Counted from the stretch's first letter, positions 18,793 through 29,176 are shown. The stretch is 64,000 bases of DNA from Candidatus Undinarchaeales archaeon (GCA_046483005.1 JAWOEA010000004.1:23323-87322); one strand, 5' to 3'. The notes: a model not told the origin generated them from the letters alone. A program made the numbers and translations.

Positions 18793-19988
18793 TGTTTTGG
18801 TGCAGCTCCTGATTTAACAGCTGCTTCTGCAACTGCTTTTGCTTCTGATTTCATTACCTCAAGATTAAGAGGCGAAGGTAATATGTTTGTTTCATTTAAG
18901 TTATCTTCCGAAACAGATGAAGCAAGGGATTTGGCGGCTGCTAATTTCATTTCTTCATTAATTTCGGTTGCTTTTGAATCAAGAGCGCCCCTGAATATGC
19001 CAGGAAAACCTAAAATATTGTTTATCTGGTTTGGATAATCTGACCTTCCGGAAGCGGCTATTTTTGCCCCAGCTGAAACTGCATCTTCGGGCATTATTTC
19101 GGGCTTTGGATTTGCGCAGGCAAAAACTATTGGAGTAGAAGCCATTGATTTTATCATTTTTTCATTAACTAAATTTGGAGCACTTAAACCCAGAAAAACA
19201 TCTGCTCCTTTTAATGCGTCTTCTAAATTTCCTGAAATGTTTTCCTTATTTGTTCTCTCTGACATTTCTTTTTTGTATTCATTCATGTTTTCTTTTCTTC
19301 CCTGGTGGATTATTCCGGAGCTGTCTGAAAGGATTATGTCTTTTACTCCTGCATTCAGGTAGAAATTTGAGCAGGCAATTGCTGCTGCTCCTGCTCCCGA
19401 AACTGCCACTTTTATTTCGTTTATTTTCTTTCCAACAACTTTTAGTGAATTAAGTAGCGCTGCAAGAGTTACAACTGCAGTCCCATGCTGGTCATCGTGA
19501 AAAACTGGAATGTTCAATTTATTTTTTAGTTCGGACTCGATTTTAAAACAATTAGGAGCTGCTATATCTTCCAGATTGATTCCTGCAAAAGATTTTGAAA
19601 GAAGGGAAACAGTATTTATTATTTTTTCAGGGTCTTTTGAATTTAAACAGACTGGAACGGCATCAATTCCGACCATTTCTTTGAAAAGAACACACTTTCC
19701 GGACATGACAGGATAGGCAGCATCCGGACCAATATCTCCTAAGCCTAAGACTGCAGTTCCGTCTGATACAACTGCAAGCATGTTGTCTCTGTTGGTATAT
19801 TTAGAAATATTTTCCGGTTTTTTCTGAATTTCTTCCGAAATTTCTGCAACGCCAGGAGTGTAAGCCATCGACAAATCTTTAAAATTTTTGAGTTCAACCT
19901 TGCTTTTAACTTCTATTTTTCCTTTCTTTTTAGAATGATAATCTAAAACTTCTTTCCTGCTATACTTTGCCCTTTTTTTCATGTTCAA
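18789..19988 (-). CDS. NAD(P)-dependent malic enzyme (short form)
   Basis: The malic-enzyme signature FHDDQHGTAVV and a GAGAA NAD-binding motif are present. 399 aa. Confidence 0.8.
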   Translation of the reverse strand: MNMKKRAKYSRKEVLDYHSKKKGKIEVKSKVELKNFKDLSMAYTPGVAEISEEIQKKPENISKYTNRDNMLAVVSDGTAVLGLGDIGPDAAYPVMSGKCVLFKEMVGIDAVPVCLNSKDPEKIINTVSLLSKSFAGINLEDIAAPNCFKIESELKNKLNIPVFHDDQHGTAVVTLAALLNSLKVVGKKINEIKVAVSGAGAAAIACSNFYLNAGVKDIILSDSSGIIHQGRKENMNEYKKEMSERTNKENISGNLEDALKGADVFLGLSAPNLVNEKMIKSMASTPIVFACANPKPEIMPEDAVSAGAKIAASGRSDYPNQINNILGFPGIFRGALDSKATEINEEMKLAAAKSLASSVSEDNLNETNILPSPLNLEVMKSEAKAVAEAAVKSGAAPKQ

Positions 19989-20889
19989 TTAGTTTCATAA
20001 TTTTTTCAACAAGAAGTTTTCCTACTTTTTCCTGGGCTTCATGAGTTGTTGAACCTAAATGAGGAGTAAAAATAATCTTGCCGCGGACTTCCATTATTTT
20101 GGATTCAAATGGTTTTTTGTCCCAGAACACATCAAGCGCCGCTCCTGCTATTTCCTCATTTTTCAGTGCTTTATAAAGATCATCTTCATTTATAATTCCG
20201 CCTCTTGCTGTATTTATGATATAAGCCGAAGATTTCATTGATATTAGTTCCTTTTCAGAAATCATGTCTTTTGTCTGGCTTGTCAGAGGCAGATGAATTG
20301 TCAGGAAATCGGCTTCTTTAAGCATTTCAATTAGAGAAGTATTCTTTCCATTTACTTTTTCAAGGAAATAAGCATGGGGATTCCTGTCGTGAGCAACTAT
20401 TTTCATTCCAAGAGAAGAAGCAATTTCTGCAACTCTTTTTCCAATTCTTCCTAAACCAATAACTCCGAGGGTTTTCCCTTTTAATTCAAATCCCTTCAAA
20501 GCTTTCTTTTTCCACTCGCCTTCTTTAATTGAATGATCTGCTTCCGGAATGTTTCTTGCCAGCGAAAGCATTAAACCAATTGCCAGTTCTGCAACAGATT
20601 CAGTAGGAGCTTCAGGCGTGTTTATGACTTTGACGCCTTTTTCTTTTGCATATTCCAAATCAATATTGTCTAAACCGACCCCTGCTCTTACAACTGCTCT
20701 CAATTTTGGAGCCACTTCAAGAATATCTTTTGTTATTTTTGTCCTGCTTCTTACAATTATGATATCGTATTTTTTAATTTCTTCAGAAAGTTTTTCAGGA
20801 GATATATTAAAATCAGTTACAACATCAGCTGCCTTTTCTAGTTCTTCAATTGCTTCTTTGCTTATTTTGTCTGCTGCCAAAATTTTCAT
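19960..20889 (-). CDS. D-isomer-specific 2-hydroxyacid dehydrogenase (phosphoglycerate dehydrogenase or hydroxypyruvate reductase-like, no ACT domain)
   Basis: It has a GVIGLGRIGKRVA NAD-binding motif and the catalytic His/Glu/Arg triad region. Confidence 0.75.
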   Translation of the reverse strand: MKILAADKISKEAIEELEKAADVVTDFNISPEKLSEEIKKYDIIIVRSRTKITKDILEVAPKLRAVVRAGVGLDNIDLEYAKEKGVKVINTPEAPTESVAELAIGLMLSLARNIPEADHSIKEGEWKKKALKGFELKGKTLGVIGLGRIGKRVAEIASSLGMKIVAHDRNPHAYFLEKVNGKNTSLIEMLKEADFLTIHLPLTSQTKDMISEKELISMKSSAYIINTARGGIINEDDLYKALKNEEIAGAALDVFWDKKPFESKIMEVRGKIIFTPHLGSTTHEAQEKVGKLLVEKIMKLIEHEKKGKV

Positions 20890-21950
20890 CTTAATATTTC
20901 AGATAAAGCAAATAAAGTTCTTTCAAGTTCCTCTCTGCCTACTTCTCCCATATGTCCTATTCTGAACATCTTTCCCTTCATGTGCTTTTGAGCTCCCGCT
21001 ACAAGTATGTCATAATCTTCGTTCAATCTTTTTCTGATAAATTCTGCTTCGTCGTCTTCAATTGAGGTTAAAGTATTTGAACAAATATCGCAGTTTTCAG
21101 GGAATAAATCAAGACCCATCTCCTGAACTTTTTCTCTGCAGTAGTCTGCGTTTTTCTTATGTCTCTCAATTCGATTGTCAATTCCTTCTTCTTCAATTAT
21201 ATCAAGTGCAACTTCTAAGCCGTAAAGTGTTGAGATTGCAGGAGTCCAGGGAGGTTTAGGATATTTCTTTTTGAATTTCATTAAATTGTTGTAATATACA
21301 TTTCTCTCAGAAGTTTCAACTGCCTTCCATGCCTTTTCTGAAACTGAAACAAATGCAAGGCCCGGCGGCATTGAAAAACATTTCTGGGAGCCTGAAACAC
21401 AGATGTCAACATTCCAGTCGTCGACTTTTACCTCATCTCCTGCAAGGCAGGAAATTGTGTCAACGCAGAGTAAAGTTTCAGAGTCCTTTGTCATTTCTCC
21501 TATTTCCCAGATAGGATTTAAAACTCCTGTGCTGGTTTCATTCTGGACGACTGTTATTGCTTTGGTATCTTCTTTCAAAGCATCTTTAATTTTTCCTGTA
21601 TCTATTTCTTTTCCCCATTCATAGTCAATTTCAGTTACATCAGCTCCAAACGCTTTTGCAATATCTCTGTATCTTTCCGAAAATTTTCCTGAAACTACAG
21701 AAACTACATGATCTCCCGGAGAAATGGTGCTTGCAATTGAAGCCTCCATTCCGGCTGTTCCTGAGCCGGCCATGATAAAAGTATCATTGTCAGTTTTGAA
21801 AATTGGTTTTAATCTTTCTGAACTTTCTCTTACAAAATCTGTAAATTCAGGCGTTCTATGATGTATAATGGGCTGAGACATTGCCTTCAGTACTTTATCG
21901 GGCACTACTGTCGGTCCGGGCGTCATTAAAAGTTTGGGTTTCATATCCAT
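20886..21950 (-). CDS. class V aminotransferase (serine-pyruvate or phosphoserine aminotransferase-like)
   Basis: PLP-fold with the SGSQKCF lysine motif. It is adjacent to the 2-hydroxyacid dehydrogenase. Confidence 0.75.
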   Translation of the reverse strand: MDMKPKLLMTPGPTVVPDKVLKAMSQPIIHHRTPEFTDFVRESSERLKPIFKTDNDTFIMAGSGTAGMEASIASTISPGDHVVSVVSGKFSERYRDIAKAFGADVTEIDYEWGKEIDTGKIKDALKEDTKAITVVQNETSTGVLNPIWEIGEMTKDSETLLCVDTISCLAGDEVKVDDWNVDICVSGSQKCFSMPPGLAFVSVSEKAWKAVETSERNVYYNNLMKFKKKYPKPPWTPAISTLYGLEVALDIIEEEGIDNRIERHKKNADYCREKVQEMGLDLFPENCDICSNTLTSIEDDEAEFIRKRLNEDYDILVAGAQKHMKGKMFRIGHMGEVGREELERTLFALSEILR

Positions 21951-21990
21951 ATGCGATTAATTGAAGCAAGGGGTTTATTTAGTTTATTAC

Positions 21991-23265
21991 TTATTCAGGT
22001 TTAATTTTTTTAAAACCAGTATATTTTTGAAGTTTTTTTGGAACTTTTACTGAACCGTCAGACTGCTGGAAATTCTCCAGAAGTGAAACTATTGTTCTGC
22101 TTGTTGCAAATGCAGTGCTGTTGAGGGTATGAATCGGTTTCGGTTTATCATTTGGTTTTATTCTGTATCTGCATTTTAATCTTCTTGCCTGATAATCAGT
22201 ACAGTTTGAGCATGAAATTACTTCCCTGTATTTTTTCTGAGCGGGCATCCAGGCCTCAATGTCATATTTTTTTGCTGCAGTATTACCAATATCACCGGTA
22301 CAAACATTTACTACACGGTAGGGCAAGCTGAGCCCTTTTACAAGCTCTTCTGCGCAATTTAAGAGAAAATCATGCTCGCTCCAGCTTTCTGCAGGCTTGC
22401 TAAAGGTAAACATTTCGACCTTGTTAAACTGGTGAACTCTGAAGATTCCTTTCGTATCTTTTCCGTGAGTTCCCGCTTCAGTTCGGTAGCATGGAGAGAA
22501 GCCGGCATACCTTTCAGGAAGCTGATCTGCGGATAGAATTTCATCATAATGCATTCCTGCAATTGCATGCTCGCTTGTTAAAGTTAAGTATAAATCTTCA
22601 TCTTCTATTTTGTAAATTTCTTTTCTGGACATTGGAAGCATTCCAACGCCGTACATTATTCCTTCCCTTACCATGTTTGGCGGGATTACTCTTTTGAAAC
22701 CTTTTTTTGAAAGAAAATCAAGAGCATAATTGATTAAAGCCATTTCAAGGGCCACGCCTTTTCCGAGCATATAGTAAAATCTAGCTCCTGATGTTTTTGC
22801 GGCGCTTTCAACATCAAATAAATTTAAGGTCTTGCCAAGTTCGATATGGTTTTTTGGTTTGAAACCAAACTTAGGTGTTTTTCCGACTTTTCTTATTTCC
22901 TTGTTGTCGGTTTCGTCCTCTCCTTGTGGTACAGATTCATGAAGAATATTTGGGATTTTTGAAAGTAATTTGTCCCTTTTTTCTTTTCTTTTGTCTGCTT
23001 TTTCAACTACAGATCCAATGTCTTTTGTTAGTTTCTGCATTTCCTTGATCTTCTTTTTTGCAGGCTTTCCTTTCTTTTTCTGTTCGGAGATTTCAAGGCT
23101 TACCTTGTTCTTTTTATGTTTCAGATTATCCCTTTTCTTAACTAGAGTTCTCCACTTGTTATCGTGTTTAAGGACGTTGTCAATTATTTCAAGACCTTCG
23201 CCTCTTCTCCTTTGAGAGTCTTTAACTAGTTCAGGATTTTCCCTCAAGAGGTTTATATCAATCAT
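21991..23265 (-). CDS. serS: seryl-tRNA synthetase
   Basis: It has an N-terminal coiled-coil arm and the class II motifs FRVHQFNKVE and GFSPCYRTEAG. A Lys-rich insertion lies in the arm. Confidence 0.85.
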   Translation of the reverse strand: MIDINLLRENPELVKDSQRRRGEGLEIIDNVLKHDNKWRTLVKKRDNLKHKKNKVSLEISEQKKKGKPAKKKIKEMQKLTKDIGSVVEKADKRKEKRDKLLSKIPNILHESVPQGEDETDNKEIRKVGKTPKFGFKPKNHIELGKTLNLFDVESAAKTSGARFYYMLGKGVALEMALINYALDFLSKKGFKRVIPPNMVREGIMYGVGMLPMSRKEIYKIEDEDLYLTLTSEHAIAGMHYDEILSADQLPERYAGFSPCYRTEAGTHGKDTKGIFRVHQFNKVEMFTFSKPAESWSEHDFLLNCAEELVKGLSLPYRVVNVCTGDIGNTAAKKYDIEAWMPAQKKYREVISCSNCTDYQARRLKCRYRIKPNDKPKPIHTLNSTAFATSRTIVSLLENFQQSDGSVKVPKKLQKYTGFKKIKPE

Positions 23266-23322
23266 CTTAAAAATAGATAGGATTAGAGAATTTAATAAAG
23301 TTTCTGAGTGGGAGAAATAGGA

Positions 23323-23787
23323 CTAGTAATTTGGAGTTATGAAAGTATGGTCAAATTTATCAGATTGAGAATCTAAAAATGCACCCCATGTTTCATCAAT
23401 AGGTTTAATATATCTTTTTTCAGTTAGGTATTTGTGGGCTTTTCTCTGTCTTTCAGCTTTCTTTGTTTTGTAATTCAAATCAAATTTAATAGAATAAACA
23501 AGTTTTCGAGTAATTTTTTCTGGTTCGTTAGTTCTTTTAAAATCAAGAACAAGCTCTAGATTTTTATATACTTCAAGACGTACTTTCTTTCCGGACGGAG
23601 GAATTTCTTTTACTTTCTTAAGAAATTCATTGAATTTCTTTTTTGCTTTGCCGCCCCATGCATCTTCCATTGGCTCCTTTAGAACTTTTTTATAATATGA
23701 TTTAAAAAAGTCAATCAAATGATTTCGTATAGAAATGAATGTCTTGTCTTCGTCTTTTTTAATTAGTTCAATTGTAATTTTGGCCAT
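23323..23787 (-). CDS. hypothetical protein
   Basis: 154 aa with no recognisable motif. Confidence 0.4.
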   Translation of the reverse strand: MAKITIELIKKDEDKTFISIRNHLIDFFKSYYKKVLKEPMEDAWGGKAKKKFNEFLKKVKEIPPSGKKVRLEVYKNLELVLDFKRTNEPEKITRKLVYSIKFDLNYKTKKAERQRKAHKYLTEKRYIKPIDETWGAFLDSQSDKFDHTFITPNY

Positions 23788-23840
23788 ATAAACGATTAAT
23801 TAACAAAATAATTTAAATAATTGTCCCTTTGTTAAAACGA

Positions 23841-25328
23841 TTACCAGTTCTCAAGGACTTCTGTAATCAGCCTTACGCCGTAGCCAGTTGCTCCCTTGCT
23901 TGCATATGGTTTTGGGTTCTTTGTTTTTTCAATATAGGCAGTTCCCGCAATGTCTAAGTGCGCCCAATTTGTATTTTCCGGAACAAAATTTTCAAGGAAA
24001 GCTGCTGCAGTAATTGCTCCTGCTCCCTCTTCCCCGATGTTTTTAACATCGGCTACATCCGATTTAAGCTGTTTTTTGTATTCCTTCCAAAGAGGAAGCT
24101 GCCATACTTTTTCAGATGTCTGCTCTGCGGCATCTTCTATTTTTTTGAGAAGTTTCTTATTGTTCCCAAGAAGTCCGGCTGCTACATAACCAAGAGCTAC
24201 AACACAGGAACCAGTTAATGTTGCCATGTCAATGATTGCCTCAGGCTTGTATTTTTTGGAATATGCAAGAGTGTCCGCCATAATAAGTCTTCCCTCTGCA
24301 TCCGTGTTTATGATTTCGATGGTTTTGCCTGAATGCGATTTTACAATATCTCTTGGTTTCTGAGCGTCCCCTCCTGTCAGATTTTCAGTTAAGGGCGTTA
24401 AACCGATTAAATGAATTGACAGTTTGAGTTCTGCTGCTGCTCTAACTATACCATACACTGCAAGTGCTCCACATTTATCATAATGCATGTTGTTCATCGC
24501 CTTTGTCGGTTTGATATCAAGCCCGCCTGCGTCAAAAGTTACTCCTTTTCCTACTAAGACGACCGGCCCTTTCTTTCCGCCTTTGTATTCAAAAGCAACA
24601 AGCCTCGGTTCTTTTGCTGAGCCGGCTGAAACGCCAAGAATTGTATTCATGTTTTCTTTTTTCATGTCTGATTTTGTCAGCATGTTTACAGAAAGTTTTT
24701 TGTATTTTTTAGAAAGTTTTTTGGCTTCTTTTGCAAGATACTTTGGCGTTGCAATATTTGCAGGAAGGTCCTGCAGACTTCTTGTATAATTAGCAGATTC
24801 TGCGAGGATTTTTCCGCGTTCTGCTGCCTTTTTTACTTTCTTCTTCTTGCCGGGGCAGCCGATTTCAAAGATTTTAACTTCTTTGTCCTCGTCTTCATCT
24901 CCTTTGGTTTTATATTTATCAAATGAATAAGAAGCAAGATACGCTCCTTCTGCTAAAAGAGATGCGAAAGTATCTACTCCTAGAAGGTTAGGTAAGTATG
25001 CAGTGATTTTTTCAGCGCCTTTGCTTTTAGCGTAATTGAAAAATGTTGCTGAAGCCTGTCTTATGTTGTCGGTTTTGTATTCTTCTTTCTTTCCGATTCC
25101 AACAAGAAGAATCTTCTCGGCTGGAAGGTTTCCTAGAGAAGAGATAACAAATGTTTCGTTGAGTTCTCCTTTGAACTCCTTATCCTTCAATGAATCTGTT
25201 ATTTGGTTGTTGACATTGTTGTCCAGAGTCTTAAATCTGTACGGCATGTCTTCGTCTTGATGTAGAAATATTGCAATGACATCTGTTTCGATGTCGTGTG
25301 GTTTTGACTTAATGATTTCTAATTTCAT
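23841..25328 (-). CDS. pepA: leucyl aminopeptidase (M17 family)
   Basis: It carries the M17 signature NTDAEGRL and the metal ligands. Confidence 0.85.
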   Translation of the reverse strand: MKLEIIKSKPHDIETDVIAIFLHQDEDMPYRFKTLDNNVNNQITDSLKDKEFKGELNETFVISSLGNLPAEKILLVGIGKKEEYKTDNIRQASATFFNYAKSKGAEKITAYLPNLLGVDTFASLLAEGAYLASYSFDKYKTKGDEDEDKEVKIFEIGCPGKKKKVKKAAERGKILAESANYTRSLQDLPANIATPKYLAKEAKKLSKKYKKLSVNMLTKSDMKKENMNTILGVSAGSAKEPRLVAFEYKGGKKGPVVLVGKGVTFDAGGLDIKPTKAMNNMHYDKCGALAVYGIVRAAAELKLSIHLIGLTPLTENLTGGDAQKPRDIVKSHSGKTIEIINTDAEGRLIMADTLAYSKKYKPEAIIDMATLTGSCVVALGYVAAGLLGNNKKLLKKIEDAAEQTSEKVWQLPLWKEYKKQLKSDVADVKNIGEEGAGAITAAAFLENFVPENTNWAHLDIAGTAYIEKTKNPKPYASKGATGYGVRLITEVLENW

Positions 25329-25379
25329 ATATAAAGTTAAGTATAGAAAGTTTTTAAAGTTATTGGGAGAATAAAAGAT

Positions 25380-25829
25380 ATGGAATTTGAAGTTAAGTTG
25401 GTTTCCCCGGAAAAAAAGTATCTTGATGCTTGTTTTAGAGACGTCAAAAAACGACTTAAAGAATATTTAGGTGCTAACTACTGGTTTTTAGCTTATAAAG
25501 AAAATAAAATTGTTGGATTCATAGCTGTGAGAGAAACTGATGACTTTAGAGAGATGGAAGCCTATTCACTACCCATTGACTTTTCACCTGGTGAATTTGA
25601 ACCATTTATTTATGTTGAGATGGCATATGTAAGTAAGAAATTCCTGAAAAAAGGCGCATGGTCCTCATTAAGAAATAAATTAGATGAAGTTGCAGATGAA
25701 AATAAGATAAATGTTATCACAGAAATCGCTAACAATAACTCTTTTTTAATTAAAAAATTGAAAGAAAAAGGATATAAAAAGATTGCAAAAAGCAGAGATT
25801 TCAACTACCTTTTCAAAAAAAACAAGTAG
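25380..25829 (+). CDS. hypothetical protein (possibly GNAT-like fold)
   Basis: 149 aa. The call is weak. Confidence 0.3.
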   Translation: MEFEVKLVSPEKKYLDACFRDVKKRLKEYLGANYWFLAYKENKIVGFIAVRETDDFREMEAYSLPIDFSPGEFEPFIYVEMAYVSKKFLKKGAWSSLRNKLDEVADENKINVITEIANNNSFLIKKLKEKGYKKIAKSRDFNYLFKKNK

Positions 25830-25864
25830 CTTGCCTGATGCCGATTCTTAAAAAAACAAAGATT

Positions 25865-26119
25865 TGTGAGGAGAAATGTTTCGGTCAAGTCTCACATTTC
25901 AGCTGAAAAACAGCAGAAAACTCTCCAAAAATGAAAAAATTAACCCTCACATTCCGGTTTTTCCGGCGTAAAAAGCTGCCGGGACCCACAGAACTTGTTC
26001 AAACTCAATTTTTGGTTCTAAAAGAAGTCTCACATTTGAGCATTTTGAGCACAAAAATAACATATCTGCTGTTTCTGGGCCTATTTTCGGTTTTCAGACA
26101 GAAAAATTAAATCTCACAT
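25865..26119. repeat. left array: one TGTGAGG (+) then four TCTCACAT motifs (at 25891, 25947, 26029, 26113), spacing 56-84 bp, upstream of the wHTH gene at 26280
   Basis: Read directly as aagtctcacattt (x2), cctcacatt and atctcacat. The array is the reverse complement of the one at 29177..29538. Confidence 0.65.
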
Positions 26120-26279
26120 GAGTTGTTCAGAAAAATTTTCGGATATTTTCTTAAAAATTATGTAAACTATGTAGTGGACGTGTCGTATTGTCGATAGATA
26201 TTGATTTTTAAGATATGTCTACTCGTCGCCTGACATGTAAACTCGCAAGATATATAAACTTTGAAAATAAAGGAAGAAC

Positions 26280-26825
26280 ATGGATCTGCTAAAAGCTATC
26301 GGTTTAAAGAAAAAAAAGAAAAAGAAAAAGTCCAAAAAGAAGAAAAAAACGTCAACTAAATCCAAAAAGAAAAGTAAAAGCAAGAGCAAGAAAGAAAGTA
26401 AACAGAAAAAACAAGTTGAAGATCCGGTTATGACAGTTTCCCGTCAGCTGACCAACATACGACGCGACTTACAGGACATGGACTCAGTTGTGCGTAACGG
26501 TTTTCAGGGACTTAGAGCAGACCACCATAGAATTCTTGAAGAGCAGTTCGATAAAGAAGACCTGGAAGAGTTCAAAAAATGGACCGAAAAAAGAAAACTC
26601 ACATTAAAGCAGATAAAAGGAAAGGTTGAAGACGAGCTTGAGATGATCGAAATCGACCGGAAGGTCCTTGATTTGATTGAAAAAGAAAAAAAGAGATCTG
26701 CTGAAATTGCAGAGGAACTAGAAATAAGCAGACAGTACGCTTCCGAAAGACTGAACGAATTAATCGACCAGAAACTTGTCAAAAGAGTGAAAAAAGGCAG
26801 AAAGGTCTACTACAAAGCAAGCTAG
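26280..26825 (+). CDS. winged-helix DNA-binding protein with poly-Lys N-terminal tail
   Basis: The N-terminus is KKKKKKKKSKKKKKTSTKSKKKSKSKSKK. A C-terminal wHTH (EIAEELEISRQYASERLNELIDQKLVKRVKKGRKVYY) is present. Confidence 0.55.
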   Translation: MDLLKAIGLKKKKKKKKSKKKKKTSTKSKKKSKSKSKKESKQKKQVEDPVMTVSRQLTNIRRDLQDMDSVVRNGFQGLRADHHRILEEQFDKEDLEEFKKWTEKRKLTLKQIKGKVEDELEMIEIDRKVLDLIEKEKKRSAEIAEELEISRQYASERLNELIDQKLVKRVKKGRKVYYKAS

Positions 26826-26889
26826 TGGTTTTATACAGGAAACAAAGACCAGGTAAAAGTTTTTAAAGCTGTTTGACTTACTGGGAAGC

Positions 26890-27405
26890 ATGGCAAAGAG
26901 CAAAAAATTCTGGAAACTGTTGATAATCAATACCTTGGACAGTATTCAGGAGATTGATACTGTTGTTGAGGGACTTGTTGTCGGTATTTTTGGTATTTTG
27001 CTTGGCATCGCCGGTTTCTGCTATTTTGGGTACATCGGATTAACATTGTCTGCAGAGATTTCCTTGCTAGCGGTTTTTGCATATCTAGCAGTTAGTTTCT
27101 ATCATATTTACGCTTATGAAAGAGACAAGAAAAGAGCAGACGGGTCAATAGGAAGAGTTGTTGAAAGGAGTGCAGAAATATTGATTCTCTTGATAGCGAT
27201 TATGGTTTTTTATGTTTTGATTTTTGAGCAGATATTAACCGTAAGAAGTATTGCGGATTTGGTCAGAAATTCAAGAGGATTAATGGCAGTAATGATGAAA
27301 AGTCTGCCTGGGCTTGCGGTTTTAGTCGTTCCTTTATTTGGCTGGGAATGGTTTGCTGAAAAGACTCCAACAGACGATATTTTGAAAAAGGTGTTTAAGA
27401 AATGA
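26890..27405 (+). CDS. membrane protein (4-5 TM)
   Basis: Hydrophobic helices are spread throughout the sequence. Confidence 0.45.
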   Translation: MAKSKKFWKLLIINTLDSIQEIDTVVEGLVVGIFGILLGIAGFCYFGYIGLTLSAEISLLAVFAYLAVSFYHIYAYERDKKRADGSIGRVVERSAEILILLIAIMVFYVLIFEQILTVRSIADLVRNSRGLMAVMMKSLPGLAVLVVPLFGWEWFAEKTPTDDILKKVFKK

Positions 27406-27677
27406 ACAACACTACTGAAACCATTCAAAATGTTGAGAAAACTGTCAGTTTAATTGATAAAATCGCACACTATCTCGGTAGTTTATCTGACTTGGCAAGC
27501 AAAGGTAATGCATACATGCAGGCTCTCGGACTGAGCCAGACGCAGTCCTATGCAGTTATTGCAATAATTGCACTGGTTGCCCTGCTCGGAGTGTTTAAAT
27601 TTTTGAAAATCATTACCAAGGTCTTGATTTTTGGACTAGTTATTTGGATTATTTTAAGCTTAGTTGGAATTTTGTAG
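27402..27677 (+). CDS. small membrane protein, paralog of 27746..28009
   Basis: LKIITKVLIFGLVIWIILSLVGIL aligns with LKIVTKVMIFALTLGFIGLFLGVAAGII in the neighbouring gene. Confidence 0.45.
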   Translation: MNNTTETIQNVEKTVSLIDKIAHYLGSLSDLASKGNAYMQALGLSQTQSYAVIAIIALVALLGVFKFLKIITKVLIFGLVIWIILSLVGIL

Positions 27678-27745
27678 ACCGAAAGATATAGAAAGGAAAA
27701 AGACCACTAATTTTCCCGGAGGGAGAAAGGCAGTGATATAGGCAG

Positions 27746-28009
27746 ATGGAAATAACTACTCTGCTCTGGATCTTAGAACTTATTAGCAGTATTATGGCTG
27801 CTATTGCTGGTTTTATTGGCTGGCTGTTCTCTGCATTTATGGGAATCGGTCTCAGTTATCTGCATTCATCTATTTTAATTGGAATTGTCTTTCTGGTTGG
27901 CTTCTATCTGGTTTTCGTAATGCTCAAAATTGTAACAAAGGTTATGATATTTGCATTAACTCTTGGATTTATTGGGTTATTTTTAGGTGTAGCTGCTGGA
28001 ATAATTTAA
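27746..28009 (+). CDS. small membrane protein, paralog of 27402..27677
   Basis: It shows the same conserved pattern as its paralog. Confidence 0.45.
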   Translation: MEITTLLWILELISSIMAAIAGFIGWLFSAFMGIGLSYLHSSILIGIVFLVGFYLVFVMLKIVTKVMIFALTLGFIGLFLGVAAGII

Positions 28010-28518
28010 TCTCTTGATTTCGCTTTTGCTGTTTCAACTATTGATTTATATTCGTTTCCAACTTGTTTAAGAAATATTGAAAATTCAGTGCTCGGTTTGA
28101 TTATTTTTTTATAATATTTCTGTTTCTTCCGCTTGCTTGCGAATTTCTCTCTTTTTACTGAAACCATCCCTACTTTTTTTAATCTTGGAAGGATTATATT
28201 GTAAAAAGTTGCTTTTGAATAGTCATTTTTCTTAATAAATTCACCCAAATCGTCTCCATGCAGCTCGGTTTTTTCCAAAAGTAAATTCATGAAATTAGTT
28301 GCAACTTCATTGTATACTTTCTGATACTTTTCCGGAAAGATCAACTGTATTATCTGCTCCAGTTCTAAACGGACGCCCTGATGGTACTTCCACTCTTTCC
28401 TTAGCTTTCTCAAGTCATTAAGCCATAGACTTTCCTTGCTTGGAACGCCTCTACTGGGCGGGCTCTGTCCGGAATTGGACGTTTCTCTCTCAATATCACT
28501 TTGGTGTGTTTCGGTCAT
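28006..28518 (-). CDS. hypothetical protein
   Basis: 170 aa, basic, with no motif. Confidence 0.35.
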   Translation of the reverse strand: MTETHQSDIERETSNSGQSPPSRGVPSKESLWLNDLRKLRKEWKYHQGVRLELEQIIQLIFPEKYQKVYNEVATNFMNLLLEKTELHGDDLGEFIKKNDYSKATFYNIILPRLKKVGMVSVKREKFASKRKKQKYYKKIIKPSTEFSIFLKQVGNEYKSIVETAKAKSRD

Positions 28519-28780
28519 TGTTTCTTTATACCTTCGTCAGATATATAAAACTTACCACTATGGTAAACTCTTCAGAGAAAAGAAAAAAGGAGATAATTGA
28601 GTGGGTTTATTATTATGGTGTTGAGTGGGAAATCTCTCTGCTGGGGGCCCGGTTAAACGACTGGTTCGGGAAAATTTAGCTCTATTTAGGAAAAACAGGT
28701 GTTTTTGTTTACCAATGTGGTGTTTAATTAGTAGTAGAATATGAGGAATAAGTGAATAAATACTGCATACCATTTTGGTG

Positions 28781-29068
28781 TTAAATATCTTTCAGAGTTA
28801 GAAGGTTTTCAATGTGGTTTGCGAGCTTATGGCCCTCTTCTGTAAGCTCGATATACTTGGTCCTGCCGTCTTTTTCCGTTTCAATGAGGCCCATTCTTTC
28901 CATCTTCTTAACTAGTTTGGATGCATGAGCATAAGTGCAGTCAATGTGTTTTGCAAGAGAATTGGTATATGGATCTTCCTTTCTTTTTATTGAAACCAGC
29001 AGCCTGGCAGGCATTTTCTGGAAGAAAAGTCCTTCAATGTCGGTTGATTTTATTGAATTTGCCATCTC
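28781..29068 (-). CDS. small winged-helix transcription regulator (MarR/TrmB/ArsR-like)
   Basis: The wHTH reads LAKHIDCTYAHASKLVKKMERMGLIETEKDGRTKYIELTEEG. The start is placed at MANSIK. The 100-aa N-terminal extension in the ORF track is translation of the repeat-rich intergenic region. Confidence 0.5.
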   Translation of the reverse strand, partial: EMANSIKSTDIEGLFFQKMPARLLVSIKRKEDPYTNSLAKHIDCTYAHASKLVKKMERMGLIETEKDGRTKYIELTEEGHKLANHIENLLTLKDI

Positions 29069-29176
29069 AATTGCCGATATGTTGTTCTGATTTATATAGT
29101 TTAATGTATGGTTAATTGTAAATAAATCAGAATTTATTTTAAATCGATAGACTGAGGACATATATTTATTGAAATT

